From Parcubacteria group bacterium (GTDB lineage Bacteria > Patescibacteriota > Minisyncoccia > UBA10092): 64,000 nt of DNA. Location of the stretch: NCBI GenBank assembly GCA_016186325.1, contig JACPLW010000002.1:1485-65484 (forward strand), read 5' to 3'. A model generated the notes under the pieces. It ran no database searches, was not told where the DNA came from, and worked only from the letters and a program-made list of their open reading frames with translations. Of the stretch, positions 1-10,485 are shown in pieces. How positions within the stretch are numbered: position 1 is the stretch's first letter; each line of letters opens with the position of its first letter. Position numbers and translations under genes: made by a program.

Positions 1-236
1 GTTCGAGGCCCTGATGGGCCCTCAGGCCCTAGAAGGGAGCTTGTCGAGGGGTCGCCGACATTTTTTATTTCCGGATAGCGCGCAATTAAAGCATTGGCGA
101 TTGTTCTGCTTGGCTCGTTTATGGAAGGATGGACCGAGATTCCCGCTTGTTTGTTCAAAACCACAACATCGTTGTCTTCATAAACAATAATAAGCGGAAT
201 ATTAAAATCCGGTTTTAATTTTAGTTGACTAGTCAT
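1..236 (-). CDS. RluA/RluD-family pseudouridine synthase, N-terminal part (runs off window)
   Basis: Manual translation from ATG at 236: MTSQLKLKPDFNIPLIIVYEDNDVVVLNKQAGISVHP..., the typical RluD 'IVYED..VVNKPAG..VHP' motif. Confidence 0.8.
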   Translation of the reverse strand, partial: MTSQLKLKPDFNIPLIIVYEDNDVVVLNKQAGISVHPSINEPSRTIANALIARYPEIKNVGDPSTSSLLGPEGPSGPR

Positions 237-261
237 AACGTTTAAACCAAACCGTCTCAAT

Positions 262-900
262 TTAGTCGGGCTTGTATTGTTTAATATATTTATTTTCTTC
301 AATCTGTTCATATCCCATTTTTTTAGCTAATGTCGTGGTCAAACCTTCGTATTGTCTATCTGAATTTTGACTCCTGGAGTTATCAACAATTTCGCTTCGT
401 AAACCACTGGCAGAAATTTTATCAGAATATTTTTTCATAATATTTTTAATAATTCCCCCTCTCATTAATAGCATTGCGCTTCCATACCCCAATCCTTCGT
501 AATCTTTATTGGTTTCGAATTCTCCCTTTACAGTGTTTTTTTCGAAATTGAACATTAATCTTGTCATAGAAATTTCACCTTCGTTGAATAGGCTTGTATT
601 TCCGATATTTGCTGGTGGAACTTCTTGGAATAAACCGACCCTAATCCATATATTTCCGGATTTTCTTGGATAAATTTCATACAATAAAGTAAATATTTTT
701 CCATCAATTTCCAGCGATTCTTCGAAGCGTAGCTGTTCCTGTAATGTAGATTGTAAAAGTCTATATGCGTGCTCCAATATTTTTCTGGTTGATTCTTTAG
801 AAATTTCTCCCTCTATCTCGAAATAACTTAAAATAAGTTTTAATTCTTCAGAATCTATAGTTTCTAATTTATGTAAACTATTCTTTGGCTCTTGCTCCAT
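262..900 (-). CDS. hypothetical protein, possible GNAT-like fold
   Basis: 212-aa ORF; YEGLGYGSAML resembles an acetyl-CoA binding loop. Confidence 0.55.
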   Translation of the reverse strand: MEQEPKNSLHKLETIDSEELKLILSYFEIEGEISKESTRKILEHAYRLLQSTLQEQLRFEESLEIDGKIFTLLYEIYPRKSGNIWIRVGLFQEVPPANIGNTSLFNEGEISMTRLMFNFEKNTVKGEFETNKDYEGLGYGSAMLLMRGGIIKNIMKKYSDKISASGLRSEIVDNSRSQNSDRQYEGLTTTLAKKMGYEQIEENKYIKQYKPD

Positions 901-932
901 AATATATGTTAAAATATTTATTTTCTAAAATG

Positions 933-1004
933 TGGGCGCAGAAGGGATCGAACCTTCGATCTTTACAATGTCAATGTAACGCTTTACCACTAAGCTATGC
1001 GCCC
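933..1004 (-). tRNA. tRNA-Val(GAC), copy B
   Basis: GGGCGCA acceptor, anticodon arm TTACA-TTGACAT-TGTAA, T-loop TTCGATC. Confidence 0.92.
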
Positions 1005-1027
1005 TTATTAAATTATCAACTTAGTGG
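993..1027. repeat. 35-bp direct repeat, copy 1 (copy 2 at 2534-2568)
   Basis: AGCTATGCGCCCTTATTAAATTATCAACTTAGTGG is identical at both positions. Confidence 0.92.
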
Positions 1028-1221
1028 TGTTTTTTGATTGAAGTTCGAACATTTTTTGACGAAAATCCGAATTCCGAATTTTAAAATCCACTCGCTCGGG
1101 CGGGCAAAAAGGAAGAGGGTTGGGGGGGAAGGAATTTTTGCCCGCCCTCGCTTTCCGATTCCGATTTTCCCGCCGCCGAATTTCGTGCCAGTAAAACTGG
1201 CGCGCCGCTTACATTTAAAGA

Positions 1222-2400
1222 TTATAATTCTTTTCCCTCGGCTTCAACTTCTTTCTTAAATTTTACCTTATCCAAATTTTCCAGTTGCTTTTCCGTTAAT
1301 CTTACATCAACAATTTTTCCGATACCAACTTTTAGCCCGGTGGCATTTAATAATCTAATCAAGGCCAATTGGTTCATAAGCTGATTTCGCATTTTCTCGT
1401 CTTGATTCAAAAAATCTGGGTTTTCTTCCAGCGCACTCATAGCTTCTTCCATTACTTGTTTATTTTCACCCTTAACAACGCTACCGAGTTTAAATGTCCA
1501 TTTGCCGTCTTGTTGATGAAATAAAACATTTTCCTGACCAACTAAATCAATAAATTTGCCCGATGCTTCAAAATATTCCTTGAATCTCAATAAAAATTCT
1601 CTCGCACAATCTGCAAATTCTTTATCTTTATCCGCTAGCTCAAAAATTGGTTTCAGCTTTTCGTTAAATTTCAAAAAATCTTTTTCATCAAATTCACCAC
1701 CGCCTAAAAGTGCCCTATTCATTTTGTCATAGACTTCTCTATTTTCCTCAATAGATGGGTCTCGCTCGGTATAGCCAGCACTAAAATCTTTTTTATTCGG
1801 GTCTTTAAAAATATCACTCGCTTCCTGTATTGAAATTACACCCTCAATATTTTGCGAAATACCGTTCTGCTCAACACTTATTTTTTGCACCATTACTTTT
1901 TCACGCAAGCAATGTTCTTGTCCGAAATGTTTGTATAATTGTTCATTTTTACCATTTTCACCTTCTACGTATTCATCTGCCATTTTTCTTATTTCAGGGG
2001 GCAACTCAGCTTGTCCAATACTGCTCGCTTTTTCTAAAGCACTTCTATTTAACTTTATAACAAAAGCTGGATTTTGGGGATAAATAAAAACATCATGAGT
2101 GCCACCATGTCCGACTCTTTGCAACTGATTAAAATCAATAAATCCTTCTTTGTTTGGCAATTCACTTATAAAGGATTGAATTTTTATATCTTCACTTTCT
2201 ATGCCGAACTGCTCTCTAATCTCCTCAATCTTATTTTCGTCATCAATTTTTCTTTGGATAGCTTCTATTCGCTTGGTGTTATCAACGCCCTCTTCTTGTG
2301 GCGGTTGACTTGAAACTATTTCAGCTTGTGGTATTTCCGCGGCTTTCTTCTCTTCTTCCGGATTTTTTGGTTGCCTAAATTTTACTTCAAAATTTTCCAT
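1222..2400 (-). CDS. hypothetical protein with kinase-like motifs
   Basis: 392 aa; GHGGTHDVF (Gly loop), VIK, DLVGQENV (catalytic-loop-like). Confidence 0.55.
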   Translation of the reverse strand: MENFEVKFRQPKNPEEEKKAAEIPQAEIVSSQPPQEEGVDNTKRIEAIQRKIDDENKIEEIREQFGIESEDIKIQSFISELPNKEGFIDFNQLQRVGHGGTHDVFIYPQNPAFVIKLNRSALEKASSIGQAELPPEIRKMADEYVEGENGKNEQLYKHFGQEHCLREKVMVQKISVEQNGISQNIEGVISIQEASDIFKDPNKKDFSAGYTERDPSIEENREVYDKMNRALLGGGEFDEKDFLKFNEKLKPIFELADKDKEFADCAREFLLRFKEYFEASGKFIDLVGQENVLFHQQDGKWTFKLGSVVKGENKQVMEEAMSALEENPDFLNQDEKMRNQLMNQLALIRLLNATGLKVGIGKIVDVRLTEKQLENLDKVKFKKEVEAEGKEL

Positions 2401-2404
2401 AAAA

Positions 2405-2470
2405 TTATTTCATTAAATCATCAATTGAAACACCTAGCCCTTTAGCAATTTTCGCCATAGTTTCAATTTG
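2405..2470 (-). pseudogene. C-terminal remnant of an XRE-family HTH gene fused to the tRNA-Val 3' end
   Basis: Translates QIETMAKIAKGLGVSIDDLMK*, a typical XRE C-terminus; no N-terminal part. Confidence 0.6.
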
Positions 2471-2545
2471 TGGGCGCATCTGGATTTGAACCAGAGACCT
2501 TCTCAATGTCAATGAGACGCTCTAACCGGGCTGAGCTATGCGCCC
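2471..2545 (-). tRNA. tRNA-Val(GAC), copy A
   Basis: Anticodon arm TCTCA-TTGACAT-TGAGA, T-loop TTCAAAT; body sequence differs from copy B. Confidence 0.92.
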
Positions 2546-2565
2546 TTATTAAATTATCAACTTAG

Positions 2566-2637
2566 TGGGCGCACTAGGATTCGAACCTAGAACCGGTCGT
2601 GTATAAGACGACTGCTCTGCCATTGAGCTATACGCCC
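2566..2637 (-). tRNA. tRNA-Ile(TAT)
   Basis: Cloverleaf with anticodon arm GTCGT-CTTATAC-ACGAC. Confidence 0.85.
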
Positions 2638-2896
2638 GTTCAATCTATCATAATTTACAACAAAAATCCCGCTTTGGCAACGGGATTTTTGTTATTCCGA
2701 TTTTTAAATAAAAAATGATAAATAAATTATTTTCCGAAGCTTATGAAAGCGTTTTAGCATGGTTTCACCCCGCAGTTGCGGGGTGAATAAAACGCTTTCA
2801 TCGGACAGCGAGGTCGCCGCTGGGCGAATGAGCGCGCGAGAAAAATGATTTATTTATTATTTTAGCGCGCGAAGAAAAATGTGGCGAGAATTCCAA

Positions 2897-4738
2897 TTAC
2901 GCCCCAACCATAATCGCTTCAAACTCATCCCGTTCAATCGTTTCTTTTTCTATCAGCCGCATGGCAATTTCTTTAAGTTTTTTCCTTCTTTGGGAAATGA
3001 TTTTCTTTGCCGTGTCATAAGCAATAGAAAGAAAACTCGTAATTTCTCTGTCAATAAGCTGGGCTACCGATTCTGAATAGTTTTTTTCTGATCCGAGTCC
3101 TCTGCCTAGAAACACCATTTCGTTTTCTTCGCCCAAAGAAATTGGGCCTAGTTTTTCCGACATCCCAAATTCGGTAACCAACTTTCTCGCCAGGTCGGTT
3201 GCTTTTTTAAGATCACTCGCGGCACCGGTAGTAAGTTCTTTGAAAACAATTTTTTCGGCCGCATAGCCCCCCATCAAAACGGCAAGATCGGCCAAAAATT
3301 GGCCTTTGGAATGAAGATGGCGGTCTTCAATCGGGAGCTTTAAAGTATAGCCGGCGGCACTGCCACGGGAAACAATCGAAATTTTATGAACCGGGTCGGC
3401 ATTGGGCAAAACGCCGGCAACCAACGCATGGCCCGCTTCGTGATAAGAAGCAATTTCTTTTTCTTTTTCTGAAAGAATGTGGCTTTTGCGTTCCGGCCCT
3501 AAAAGAACTTTTTCAATGGCATAGTAAAAAGTTTCTTGCTCAACGATTTTTTTGTTCTGGCGGGCGGTTAAAATCGCCGCCTCGTTTATGACGTTAGCCA
3601 AATCGGCGCCGGAAAAACCCGGAGTTCTTTCGGCAACCCTTCTCAAGTTAACTTCCGGAGCCATGGGCTTATCAAGCGCGTGGATTTTTAAAATCGCCTC
3701 GCGATCGTTTATATCCGGAATATCAATCATGATTCGGCGGTCAAACCGTCCGGGGCGAAGCAACGCTGGATCCAAAATGTCGGGACGGTTTGTAGCCGCC
3801 ACAATAATAACGTTGGTCTCACGGTCAAACCCGTCCATTTCAACTAGAATTTGATTGAGCGTTTGCTCTCTTTCATCATGACCGCCGCCAAGGCCCGCGC
3901 CTCTTTGCCTGCCAACCGCGTCAATTTCGTCAATAAAAATGATAGAAGGTGCGAATTTTTTTGCCATATTGAATAAATCTCTAACTCTTGAAGCGCCAAC
4001 CCCGACAAACATTTCCACAAACTCGGAACCGGAAATGTAGAAAAAAGGCACGTTGGCTTCGCCGGCAACAGCTCGAGCTAAGAGGGTTTTGCCGGTGCCC
4101 GGCGCGCCTACAAGAAGAGCGCCTCTTGGAATTCTGGCGCCAATATCTAAAAATTTTTTTGGATTTTTCAAAAAATCAACAATTTCAACGAGTTCTTCCT
4201 TGGCTTCGTTCGCTCCGGCAACATCGGAAAACATAACTTTTTTGCGTCCATCAAACGGCCCGGAAAGTTTGGCTTGCGATTTGCCAAATGAAAATGCACC
4301 CATATTGGCGCGACCGGCCTGCCGCATCATGTACCATATTAAAAATCCGACGAAGATAAACGGCAAAATAATGGGAAGAACCGTGCCGGCCCAAAAACTA
4401 AAACCAACGCTTTGTTCAACTTGAATATTTACATTTTTTAACTTAGCGCCGTCAACGCCATAGTTTTTCAGGGTTTCGGAGAGCGAACTTTCAATTTCTT
4501 TTTTGGCAAAAAATTTATCGTTGTTTTTAGAAGTTATTTCCAAATCATCGTTTTTAACGACAATTTTCGAGATTTCTTCGTTATTTATTTTACTAACCAG
4601 CTCGGAAAGAGCAATCACGTTCGGCTTTTCAAAAGCCGAATTAAGATAAGCAAAAATAAACGCGATCAAAAATAACGCGCCCAAGACAATAAGAATCTGA
4701 TTGATAAACTTTTTATAATTGAATTTAATTATTTTCAT
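2897..4738 (-). CDS. ftsH: ATP-dependent zinc metalloprotease FtsH
   Basis: Two TM segments, [20 protein letters not shown]. Confidence 0.97.
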   Translation of the reverse strand: MKIIKFNYKKFINQILIVLGALFLIAFIFAYLNSAFEKPNVIALSELVSKINNEEISKIVVKNDDLEITSKNNDKFFAKKEIESSLSETLKNYGVDGAKLKNVNIQVEQSVGFSFWAGTVLPIILPFIFVGFLIWYMMRQAGRANMGAFSFGKSQAKLSGPFDGRKKVMFSDVAGANEAKEELVEIVDFLKNPKKFLDIGARIPRGALLVGAPGTGKTLLARAVAGEANVPFFYISGSEFVEMFVGVGASRVRDLFNMAKKFAPSIIFIDEIDAVGRQRGAGLGGGHDEREQTLNQILVEMDGFDRETNVIIVAATNRPDILDPALLRPGRFDRRIMIDIPDINDREAILKIHALDKPMAPEVNLRRVAERTPGFSGADLANVINEAAILTARQNKKIVEQETFYYAIEKVLLGPERKSHILSEKEKEIASYHEAGHALVAGVLPNADPVHKISIVSRGSAAGYTLKLPIEDRHLHSKGQFLADLAVLMGGYAAEKIVFKELTTGAASDLKKATDLARKLVTEFGMSEKLGPISLGEENEMVFLGRGLGSEKNYSESVAQLIDREITSFLSIAYDTAKKIISQRRKKLKEIAMRLIEKETIERDEFEAIMVGA

Positions 4739-4870
4739 AATCGGTTTTTGGTTATATTATCATAAAATTCAGAAATAGGCAATTTAATACCCCGTCCCGC
4801 AGCCCCGACGTTGTAGTCGGGGCTCCGACCATAATGCGTCGGAGCTGCGGGACGGGGTTATCCTAGAATC

Positions 4871-6208
4871 TTACAAATCTCTAATTTCTTGGCCATTATA
4901 ACCGCCTAAAACTCGAATACATTGGTTATGATCTCTAATTTTCCTCATCAGCCCTTGAAAAGCTGAAAGAGTGGCATGGGTAACAATTACCTGCCACGGA
5001 TTTATCTTGTATACCCATTCAGACAGCTCTTTTCCGGAAGCATGCGACGAGAGATGAAATCTCTCCACATCGCAATGTCTGGGAATTTGCTGACGGTTTA
5101 CTTGGAACTGATGGCCGCGCTCAAGCTCTAAGAGCCGCCGGCCGCCGGTGCCCTCTACTTGATAACCCGGCAAAAGCACCGCGCTTTTATGGTCTGTCAG
5201 AATGTGGGGCAGATAAAACATCGCGAGTCCGCCCTCAAGCATTCCATGGGAAGAAACGATTACCGCCGGACCGCTTTTAAGAAGTTCTTGGCGGTAAGCG
5301 TAGGCCTCTTCCTGCTCTTCGGGAACGGCAATCAAATTTCTGGGAAAAGCTAAGCCATTATCATTAGGACTCCATTCATTAGAGTCGTTGATGATACCGG
5401 CCGCCGTTCTAATCATCCCATCAATATGAACCGGAACATCAATTCCGGCCTTGGCTAAGCCATTGGCCAAAATAATGCCTATGTTCGGTCCAGTGATGGA
5501 AAAAGACGGGACCAAAACCTTTCCACCCCGGCCTAGAATCCCGATAACCCGATTAACAAACCGTTGTTCCTCATGTTCACGGTCCGGCAAATTCCGGTCG
5601 CCGTAAGTTCCCTCCGTGATTAAAACCTCCGGAGAAAAAATATCATTGATAACTTCAGCCCCCTTAATGGTCGGCTGGTCGTGAAAACTAATGTCTCCCG
5701 AATGAGTTATCCTAAAACCGCTTGGGGAAACGATATCGATGCTCGCCGCTCCATTAATGTGGCCGGATGACCGAAATCTCATTTTCCAGCCCGGCCAAGG
5801 CGAAAACCATTCCGGCTTATGGACTAACTTAAATCTTTTGGGACTCACCGCCTTACTTATATCGGAAGCGGAGAAATATATATCAACTTTTTCTCCTCTA
5901 TCCAGTTTACGAGTTACGACTTTGTAAGAATCCCACAAAAGCATGCGGGTAAAGCGCCAAGTAACTTTGGTGCTGTAAACAGGCGTATCGGGATGCGCGT
6001 TCGTAAAAAGAGGCAGCATTCCGATGTGGTCAAGATGGCCGTGAGTTAAAAGCAACGCATCAACATGGCCTTCCACTATCGGCGGAGGCAAAATCTTTCC
6101 GCCTCTTTGCACTGCTCCGCAGTCAATAACAATCCTTTTGTTGTCAAGTTCAATTAAGTAATGAGACCCCGAGATGGGGACTCCGCCACTGAGCGCAGTA
6201 AACCTCAC
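4871..6208 (-). CDS. MBL-fold beta-CASP ribonuclease
   Basis: THGHLDH, SGHING, EGTYG, SSHA motifs. Confidence 0.88.
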   Translation of the reverse strand: MRFTALSGGVPISGSHYLIELDNKRIVIDCGAVQRGGKILPPPIVEGHVDALLLTHGHLDHIGMLPLFTNAHPDTPVYSTKVTWRFTRMLLWDSYKVVTRKLDRGEKVDIYFSASDISKAVSPKRFKLVHKPEWFSPWPGWKMRFRSSGHINGAASIDIVSPSGFRITHSGDISFHDQPTIKGAEVINDIFSPEVLITEGTYGDRNLPDREHEEQRFVNRVIGILGRGGKVLVPSFSITGPNIGIILANGLAKAGIDVPVHIDGMIRTAAGIINDSNEWSPNDNGLAFPRNLIAVPEEQEEAYAYRQELLKSGPAVIVSSHGMLEGGLAMFYLPHILTDHKSAVLLPGYQVEGTGGRRLLELERGHQFQVNRQQIPRHCDVERFHLSSHASGKELSEWVYKINPWQVIVTHATLSAFQGLMRKIRDHNQCIRVLGGYNGQEIRDL

Positions 6209-6452
6209 CTTTCCCTCCTTTTGGGCTTTTCTTAAGTTTTTTATTTATTTTAAAACTGATATAAAAGAGCTGATAAATATCATTTATCCCAGGAATGTTG
6301 GAAACCGAGCTTCCAACATGATAGATAACATTTATCAGGTCTTTTTAAAAATTTTCCCGCCTTTGGCGGGATCAGCCTCGGGCTGAAAAAATTTGGGGCG
6401 GCGAGACCGAGTGTCTCGCCGCCCCGCCGCCCCCGCCAATTGCGAAGGGTTA

Positions 6453-7484
6453 TTACTTCTTGCCGCGAGCGCGGTCGCGCTTCCAGTCGGAACTCTTATG
6501 AGTTCCGAACTCAGCGCCGAAGGTGCGCCGGTTCGCGGCGCCGCCTTCCAGCGAGCGCGCCTGGCTGACGCGCCCGGCGCTCTCCGCCTCACGCTTGACC
6601 ACGAGGCGAAGCCCCGCGACCGTATAGAACGTGAGAACTGCCCGCCGCTCCACCCAGTCAGGGTGGTCTTGCGGCAGATCCTTGCGGGCCCGGAAGTCCT
6701 CGAGGGCCTCCGAGCGGCACGTGCCGCAGCAGCGAATGCCGTAGGCGAGCGTCTTGCCCGCCTCCTCGATCTTGACCACTCCCGGAGGGATTTCTCCCGG
6801 AGGGATTTCCCACGGGAAGTTCTCCGCGTCGGCGCGGAGAAGCTCGCCGGCGACGATGTCGCCGCCGTCGCCCTTGCCGTGCTGACGGCGGTGAAGCTTG
6901 CCATCGTCTCCCCGCTCGAGGAGGAAACGCTGGGTCAGCTCCACCGGCTCGTTGTAACCGCGATGCCGCGGAGTGGCGCACGGCATCTTCTTGCCGGCCA
7001 CGAGCGGATCGGGATCCGGCTGCTCGGCGACCAGCTCCGCGATCGCCGCCTTCTCCGCGGCCAGCTCGGAAAGATAGTGCCTGAACATGGACCGGGTGAT
7101 CTCCACCCCGTCCTTGGCCTCGGCAGCAAACCGCTGCCGAATCCCACGGACCGTCGCCTGGCCCTTGTAGAGCCCGGCGTCCCAGTCCGCCTGCATCTCG
7201 CTGTCGAAGAGCAGCCGGTCGTCGTTGGCCGGCCTGCTGCTGCCGTCCTTCTCGGCCTTCTCGCGCTTGCCGCGCGAGATGATCTCGGCCGTCGCAGCCT
7301 CGATCTCAGCCACGGTCACGTCGGCCGGCATCCGCGGCTTGACCACCTCCGAGGCGGCCCACACCGCGAAACCGAGCGACCACCCCTGCTTCTCGGCGAT
7401 ACGCTTGAGCGCCTCGATGACGCCCTGCTGGCTGAACCGCTTCTTGTCATCCGCTGCTACAACTATCTTCCTGGGCTTGGCCAT
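6453..7484 (-). CDS. GC-rich hypothetical protein
   Basis: GGAGG RBS before ATG at 7484; strongly GC-biased codons; Cys cluster CCGTC. Confidence 0.65.
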   Translation of the reverse strand: MAKPRKIVVAADDKKRFSQQGVIEALKRIAEKQGWSLGFAVWAASEVVKPRMPADVTVAEIEAATAEIISRGKREKAEKDGSSRPANDDRLLFDSEMQADWDAGLYKGQATVRGIRQRFAAEAKDGVEITRSMFRHYLSELAAEKAAIAELVAEQPDPDPLVAGKKMPCATPRHRGYNEPVELTQRFLLERGDDGKLHRRQHGKGDGGDIVAGELLRADAENFPWEIPPGEIPPGVVKIEEAGKTLAYGIRCCGTCRSEALEDFRARKDLPQDHPDWVERRAVLTFYTVAGLRLVVKREAESAGRVSQARSLEGGAANRRTFGAEFGTHKSSDWKRDRARGKK

Positions 7485-7799
7485 GATTGGCCTCCGTTGT
7501 CCCGCCAAAGGCAGGGACTTTTGTATTGGTTGTCGCTCTTGAGGGCCGTTATTGGCCTCTTGAGCTTAAACCCTGTTTAGGAACTATTAACCACATTATA
7601 TCAAATATACAGAATATGTCAAGTACCTACTTATGCCGGCAGGTAGGCTTGACAATATAGCTAAAAAGGCGTACTATAAAAACAATCCGAGCACCTGCTT
7701 TCGCTCGTCGTCGGCGGATCGTGTTTCGCCGAAGCCGAGCTTCAGCGAGGCGAAGGCGGGGAAGATTCTTTGACAACAATAATAAACAAGGAAGAGGCG

Positions 7800-8531
7800 A
7801 TGGAAACACTGCCTAAAACGATGTCTTGTTTCGGAGTGATTATAGAACATAATCAAAGCCCGCCAAGAATTTATCTGGTCCATAATACCGCAGACCCTTT
7901 GGGGCCGAATGGCGAGGAAGGCAAGCCGACTGGCTGGGGACTTCCCGGCGGCGGCAGTTTGGATGGCGAAAGCCCTGATGAAACTGTTCGCCGAGAAGTG
8001 CTTGGCGAAGCCGGATTGGTTACCGAAATTGCGACACGAGGAAAAAATTCCGAATTCGGCGAAATCCTTTTTGAAGATAAACCGCTCATCAATAACAAAG
8101 TTTACATTTTTCATCTTAAAAGGATTGGCGAGGGATTTAGAAATATTGAGGAAACCGGCGAAACCGGAAGGGTTATGCTGGCAGATTTGGGAAGCATTCT
8201 AAAAATGCCCTTGGCTATTAAGAACATCCGTCATGAAGACGGAACAACGGAACAAATCAAAAACCCGGAAGGGATTTATTTTTCCGTCAGAGAAAGAATT
8301 TTCGGGGTACTGGATTATCTGGGTTATGATTTTTATAATCTCATTCCCGATCTTGATAAACTAATCAGTGAAATCAGCCGAAAGGAAGTCGGTAATTACA
8401 TTTACAACTTGCTTGCCGAGGTGATTGCAAAAAAGAATGAACTTTACGAGCGCCGGGCGCGGCGTCTGCGACCTGACGACGACGAGCTTTTGGAAAGATA
8501 CAGCGAGTGGGCCGTAAGGCAGGAGGGATGA
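7800..8531 (+). CDS. NUDIX hydrolase
   Basis: WGLPGGG...GESPDETVRREVLGEAG Nudix-box variant. Confidence 0.8.
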   Translation: METLPKTMSCFGVIIEHNQSPPRIYLVHNTADPLGPNGEEGKPTGWGLPGGGSLDGESPDETVRREVLGEAGLVTEIATRGKNSEFGEILFEDKPLINNKVYIFHLKRIGEGFRNIEETGETGRVMLADLGSILKMPLAIKNIRHEDGTTEQIKNPEGIYFSVRERIFGVLDYLGYDFYNLIPDLDKLISEISRKEVGNYIYNLLAEVIAKKNELYERRARRLRPDDDELLERYSEWAVRQEG

Positions 8532-9142
8532 CAATGGGAGAGCAAAAGTTCGTCAGAATGTTTGGCCGACCCGAAATCCACATTACCGCCTGCGCTGTTA
8601 CCAGAGATCGGGATTTCAACAATGTTATTAGCGACATTATTATTGAGACCAACCAGTTTTGGGACAGATATCCTCCTCATCATGAAAGAGCGTTGCTTAA
8701 AATGTATCAACAGAACCCGGGAAAGAACCTGATTTGTAACGATAGTACTCAAACCCTAAGAATCCCGATGTTGTTTTTGGGCAATAATTCCAACGATGGC
8801 TGGGGAGAATTGCAATTCCTTATTAAAGCGCCGAGATTGGTGAGACTAGCCCGTCACCGCTGTTTTGATACCAGGGTCAATCAATGGGTTCCAGAAACTA
8901 AACTGATCCAGCCAAAAACCAATATGGAAACCCACGCTTATCTGGCCCTGCGGTTTTACCACAATAGTTATCTGCCGCCGAAGATGCCGAAAACGCGGCG
9001 ATGGTACTTTGAGCCGGTATATGTGTCAATAAGAAATTCGGATTTTTACAAAATTGATGTTTTGTGGGAAAAGGAAAAAATCAAGATTACGGTAACCGTA
9101 TTAGACAAAAATTCGCCCGAAATTCCGAAACATTTGAGGTAA
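8528..9142 (+). CDS. hypothetical protein
   Basis: ATGA overlap with the NUDIX gene, GGAGG RBS. Confidence 0.6.
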   Translation: MTMGEQKFVRMFGRPEIHITACAVTRDRDFNNVISDIIIETNQFWDRYPPHHERALLKMYQQNPGKNLICNDSTQTLRIPMLFLGNNSNDGWGELQFLIKAPRLVRLARHRCFDTRVNQWVPETKLIQPKTNMETHAYLALRFYHNSYLPPKMPKTRRWYFEPVYVSIRNSDFYKIDVLWEKEKIKITVTVLDKNSPEIPKHLR

Positions 9143-9182
9143 ATAAATTCGCCCCGTCTGCAATTTGCAGGACGGGGTATTT

Positions 9183-10418
9183 TTAAACTTTTTCTTCTTT
9201 CCCGCCCGTCATTGCCTGCGCCTGCCCGCCAGTCGCTGATGCTCCAGGCATCTGCAGGCGGGGCTCAGACTGCTCACGGACAGGCAAAAGACCCAAACTC
9301 ATCCGGTGTTCATCGGGAATAAAAGTTAAAACTTGAAATTTATATTTTTTGCCCGCTTCAAGCGCGGCTTTCATTTTATCGCCTGTGCCAAACTCCGAAA
9401 TATGACAAAGTCCTTGCAAAGATTCGTTATCCGGACAAACCACCTCAACAAAAGCGCCAAATGGATTAAACTTTTTAACCAGACCTTCAACTGTTTTGCC
9501 TTTTTCAAAATGAGGAATGGCCACTTTCCAAGGATCGGGCTTTAACCGCTTTAAAGACAGAGAAATCCTGTCATTGGTGATGTCAATAATCTGGGCAGAA
9601 ACATCATCACCGACTTTCACAAAATCAGCCGGATTTTCTATTAATTGCCAATCAAGTTCGGAAATGTGAATTAGCCCTTCGAGCTTGTCTTCACCAGCGG
9701 GCTTGCCCTCCGTAACCACGCTTTGCGGGGTGAAGGAGGACCATTTTATAAACGCGCCCCAATCAACAATGCCGGAAATCTCACCTTTGACAATATCGCC
9801 TATTTGATAATGGCCGATGGCCTCTTTAAAGTTTTCTTCTTCGGCCGCTTTTTCCGAAACAATCAGTTTGCCTTCTTTAGAATCAAAGTCTAAAACGCGC
9901 ACCTTAAAGTCACAGCCTATGAATTTTAACAGCTCTTCTAATATCTTTGTTTTGTCTCCGCCCTCAACCCGCGGGTAATGTTCGTTTGAGAGCTGACTAA
10001 CCGGAAGAAATCCGGCAACGCCGCTGATTTCAATCATCAGTCCGCCGCGATTGGCGTTAATTATTTTTGTGACAACTGCTTTATTTGTCTTTTTCAGTTC
10101 ACGAATCAAATCCCATGATTTCTGACTTTGAGCTTCCGCGAGAGACAACTCTCTTAAACCGGCCTCATTTTCGACTTCCACAATTTTGGCAAAAACACTA
10201 TCGCCGATTTTCAGGTTCTTTATTATGTTTTGGGCATTGGCAAATTCTATGCCGTAAACAATGCCAATACCGAAAATGCCAAGATCAATATATAAATTCT
10301 TGGCGGTTTTATTTAGCACTCTTCCTTCAATTACCTCGCCGGCCTTGGGCATGTTAAATGCTTTTGGCAGTTTGGCCAGAAGATTTTGCATATTTAAAAT
10401 TCCTATTTGAGCTTCCAT
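9183..10418 (-). CDS. rpsA: 30S ribosomal protein S1
   Basis: Repeated S1 domains (GFLPVSQL, GLIHISEL, GLCHISEF). Confidence 0.9.
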   Translation of the reverse strand: MEAQIGILNMQNLLAKLPKAFNMPKAGEVIEGRVLNKTAKNLYIDLGIFGIGIVYGIEFANAQNIIKNLKIGDSVFAKIVEVENEAGLRELSLAEAQSQKSWDLIRELKKTNKAVVTKIINANRGGLMIEISGVAGFLPVSQLSNEHYPRVEGGDKTKILEELLKFIGCDFKVRVLDFDSKEGKLIVSEKAAEEENFKEAIGHYQIGDIVKGEISGIVDWGAFIKWSSFTPQSVVTEGKPAGEDKLEGLIHISELDWQLIENPADFVKVGDDVSAQIIDITNDRISLSLKRLKPDPWKVAIPHFEKGKTVEGLVKKFNPFGAFVEVVCPDNESLQGLCHISEFGTGDKMKAALEAGKKYKFQVLTFIPDEHRMSLGLLPVREQSEPRLQMPGASATGGQAQAMTGGKEEKV

Positions 10419-10485
10419 ACCTCACCAAGGTTATCATAAAATATCTTCTTGTCAACTGTCATAAAATCTGATAACATTTTCTCAT

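Noticed and set aside
6393-7580. 395-aa plus-strand ORF
   Set aside because: Antisense shadow of the GC-rich minus-strand gene, which has the RBS and the more protein-like composition.
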